A DNA stretch of 64,000 nt, taken from positions 480,001-544,000 of the forward strand of contig CAWGJO010000020.1 in assembly GCA_963822945.1 (NCBI GenBank). Reading direction: 5' to 3'. Positions 63,833 through 64,000 of the stretch are shown one piece after another. The stretch's first letter is position 1; each line of letters starts with the position of its first letter. A program made the position numbers and the translations under genes. The notes under the pieces are model-generated. The model worked only from the letters and a program-made list of their open reading frames with translations. It did not search any database and had not been told where the DNA came from. Origin of the DNA: an uncultured Gemmatimonadaceae bacterium (GTDB lineage: Bacteria; Gemmatimonadota; Gemmatimonadetes; Gemmatimonadales; Gemmatimonadaceae).

Positions 63833-64000
63833 GTGAGCCTCACCGCCCCCCCTGGATTCAGAGGAACGTTTCGCACCGACGATGCCGCGCGCGCGGTGTA
63901 CGGTGAAGCGGCGGGGGTCGCCCGCTGCTGGCCGCGTGCCGTCGCGGTTCCGGTGGACACCCGAGACCTGCAGGCCCTGGTGGGATGGGCGCACCGCGAG
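63833..64000 (+). CDS. FAD-binding oxidoreductase (GlcD-like), N-terminal fragment running off the window
   Basis: Manual translation from GTG at 63833: ...GFRGTFRTDDAARAVYGEAAG...PRAVAVPVDTRDLQALVGWA. Confidence 0.65.
   Translation, partial: MSLTAPPGFRGTFRTDDAARAVYGEAAGVARCWPRAVAVPVDTRDLQALVGWAHRE

Overview
High-GC bacterial chromosomal segment. Gene content (PadR with ADOP permease, caa3 oxidase, many secreted hydrolases, short tandem-repeat intergenic elements) is suggestive of Gemmatimonadota or a similar lineage; this is inference, not a database result. It is mostly core and metabolic genes: pyrE, leuS, gyrA, sucB-lpdA, coxBACD, dacB, namZ, rnhA, an ECF sigma/anti-sigma pair and a squalene/phytoene synthase. 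The left end has two toxin-antitoxin modules whose toxins both look altered. The most notable locus is an actinobacterial-type ergothioneine operon (egtB-egtD-egtA) that lacks egtC/egtE and is translationally coupled to a betaine-type ABC transporter. A divergent Ntn-hydrolase and a class-V PLP enzyme lie upstream, and a cNMP-domain-aspartase fusion lies downstream. Other oddities are an RNase HI with a rearranged acidic active site, a phasin/histone-H1-like protein and 7/8/9-mer intergenic repeats. Dense indel clusters at ~21400-22480 and ~27320-27575 most likely reflect sequencing or assembly error. No rRNA, tRNA, CRISPR array or transposase was recognised.
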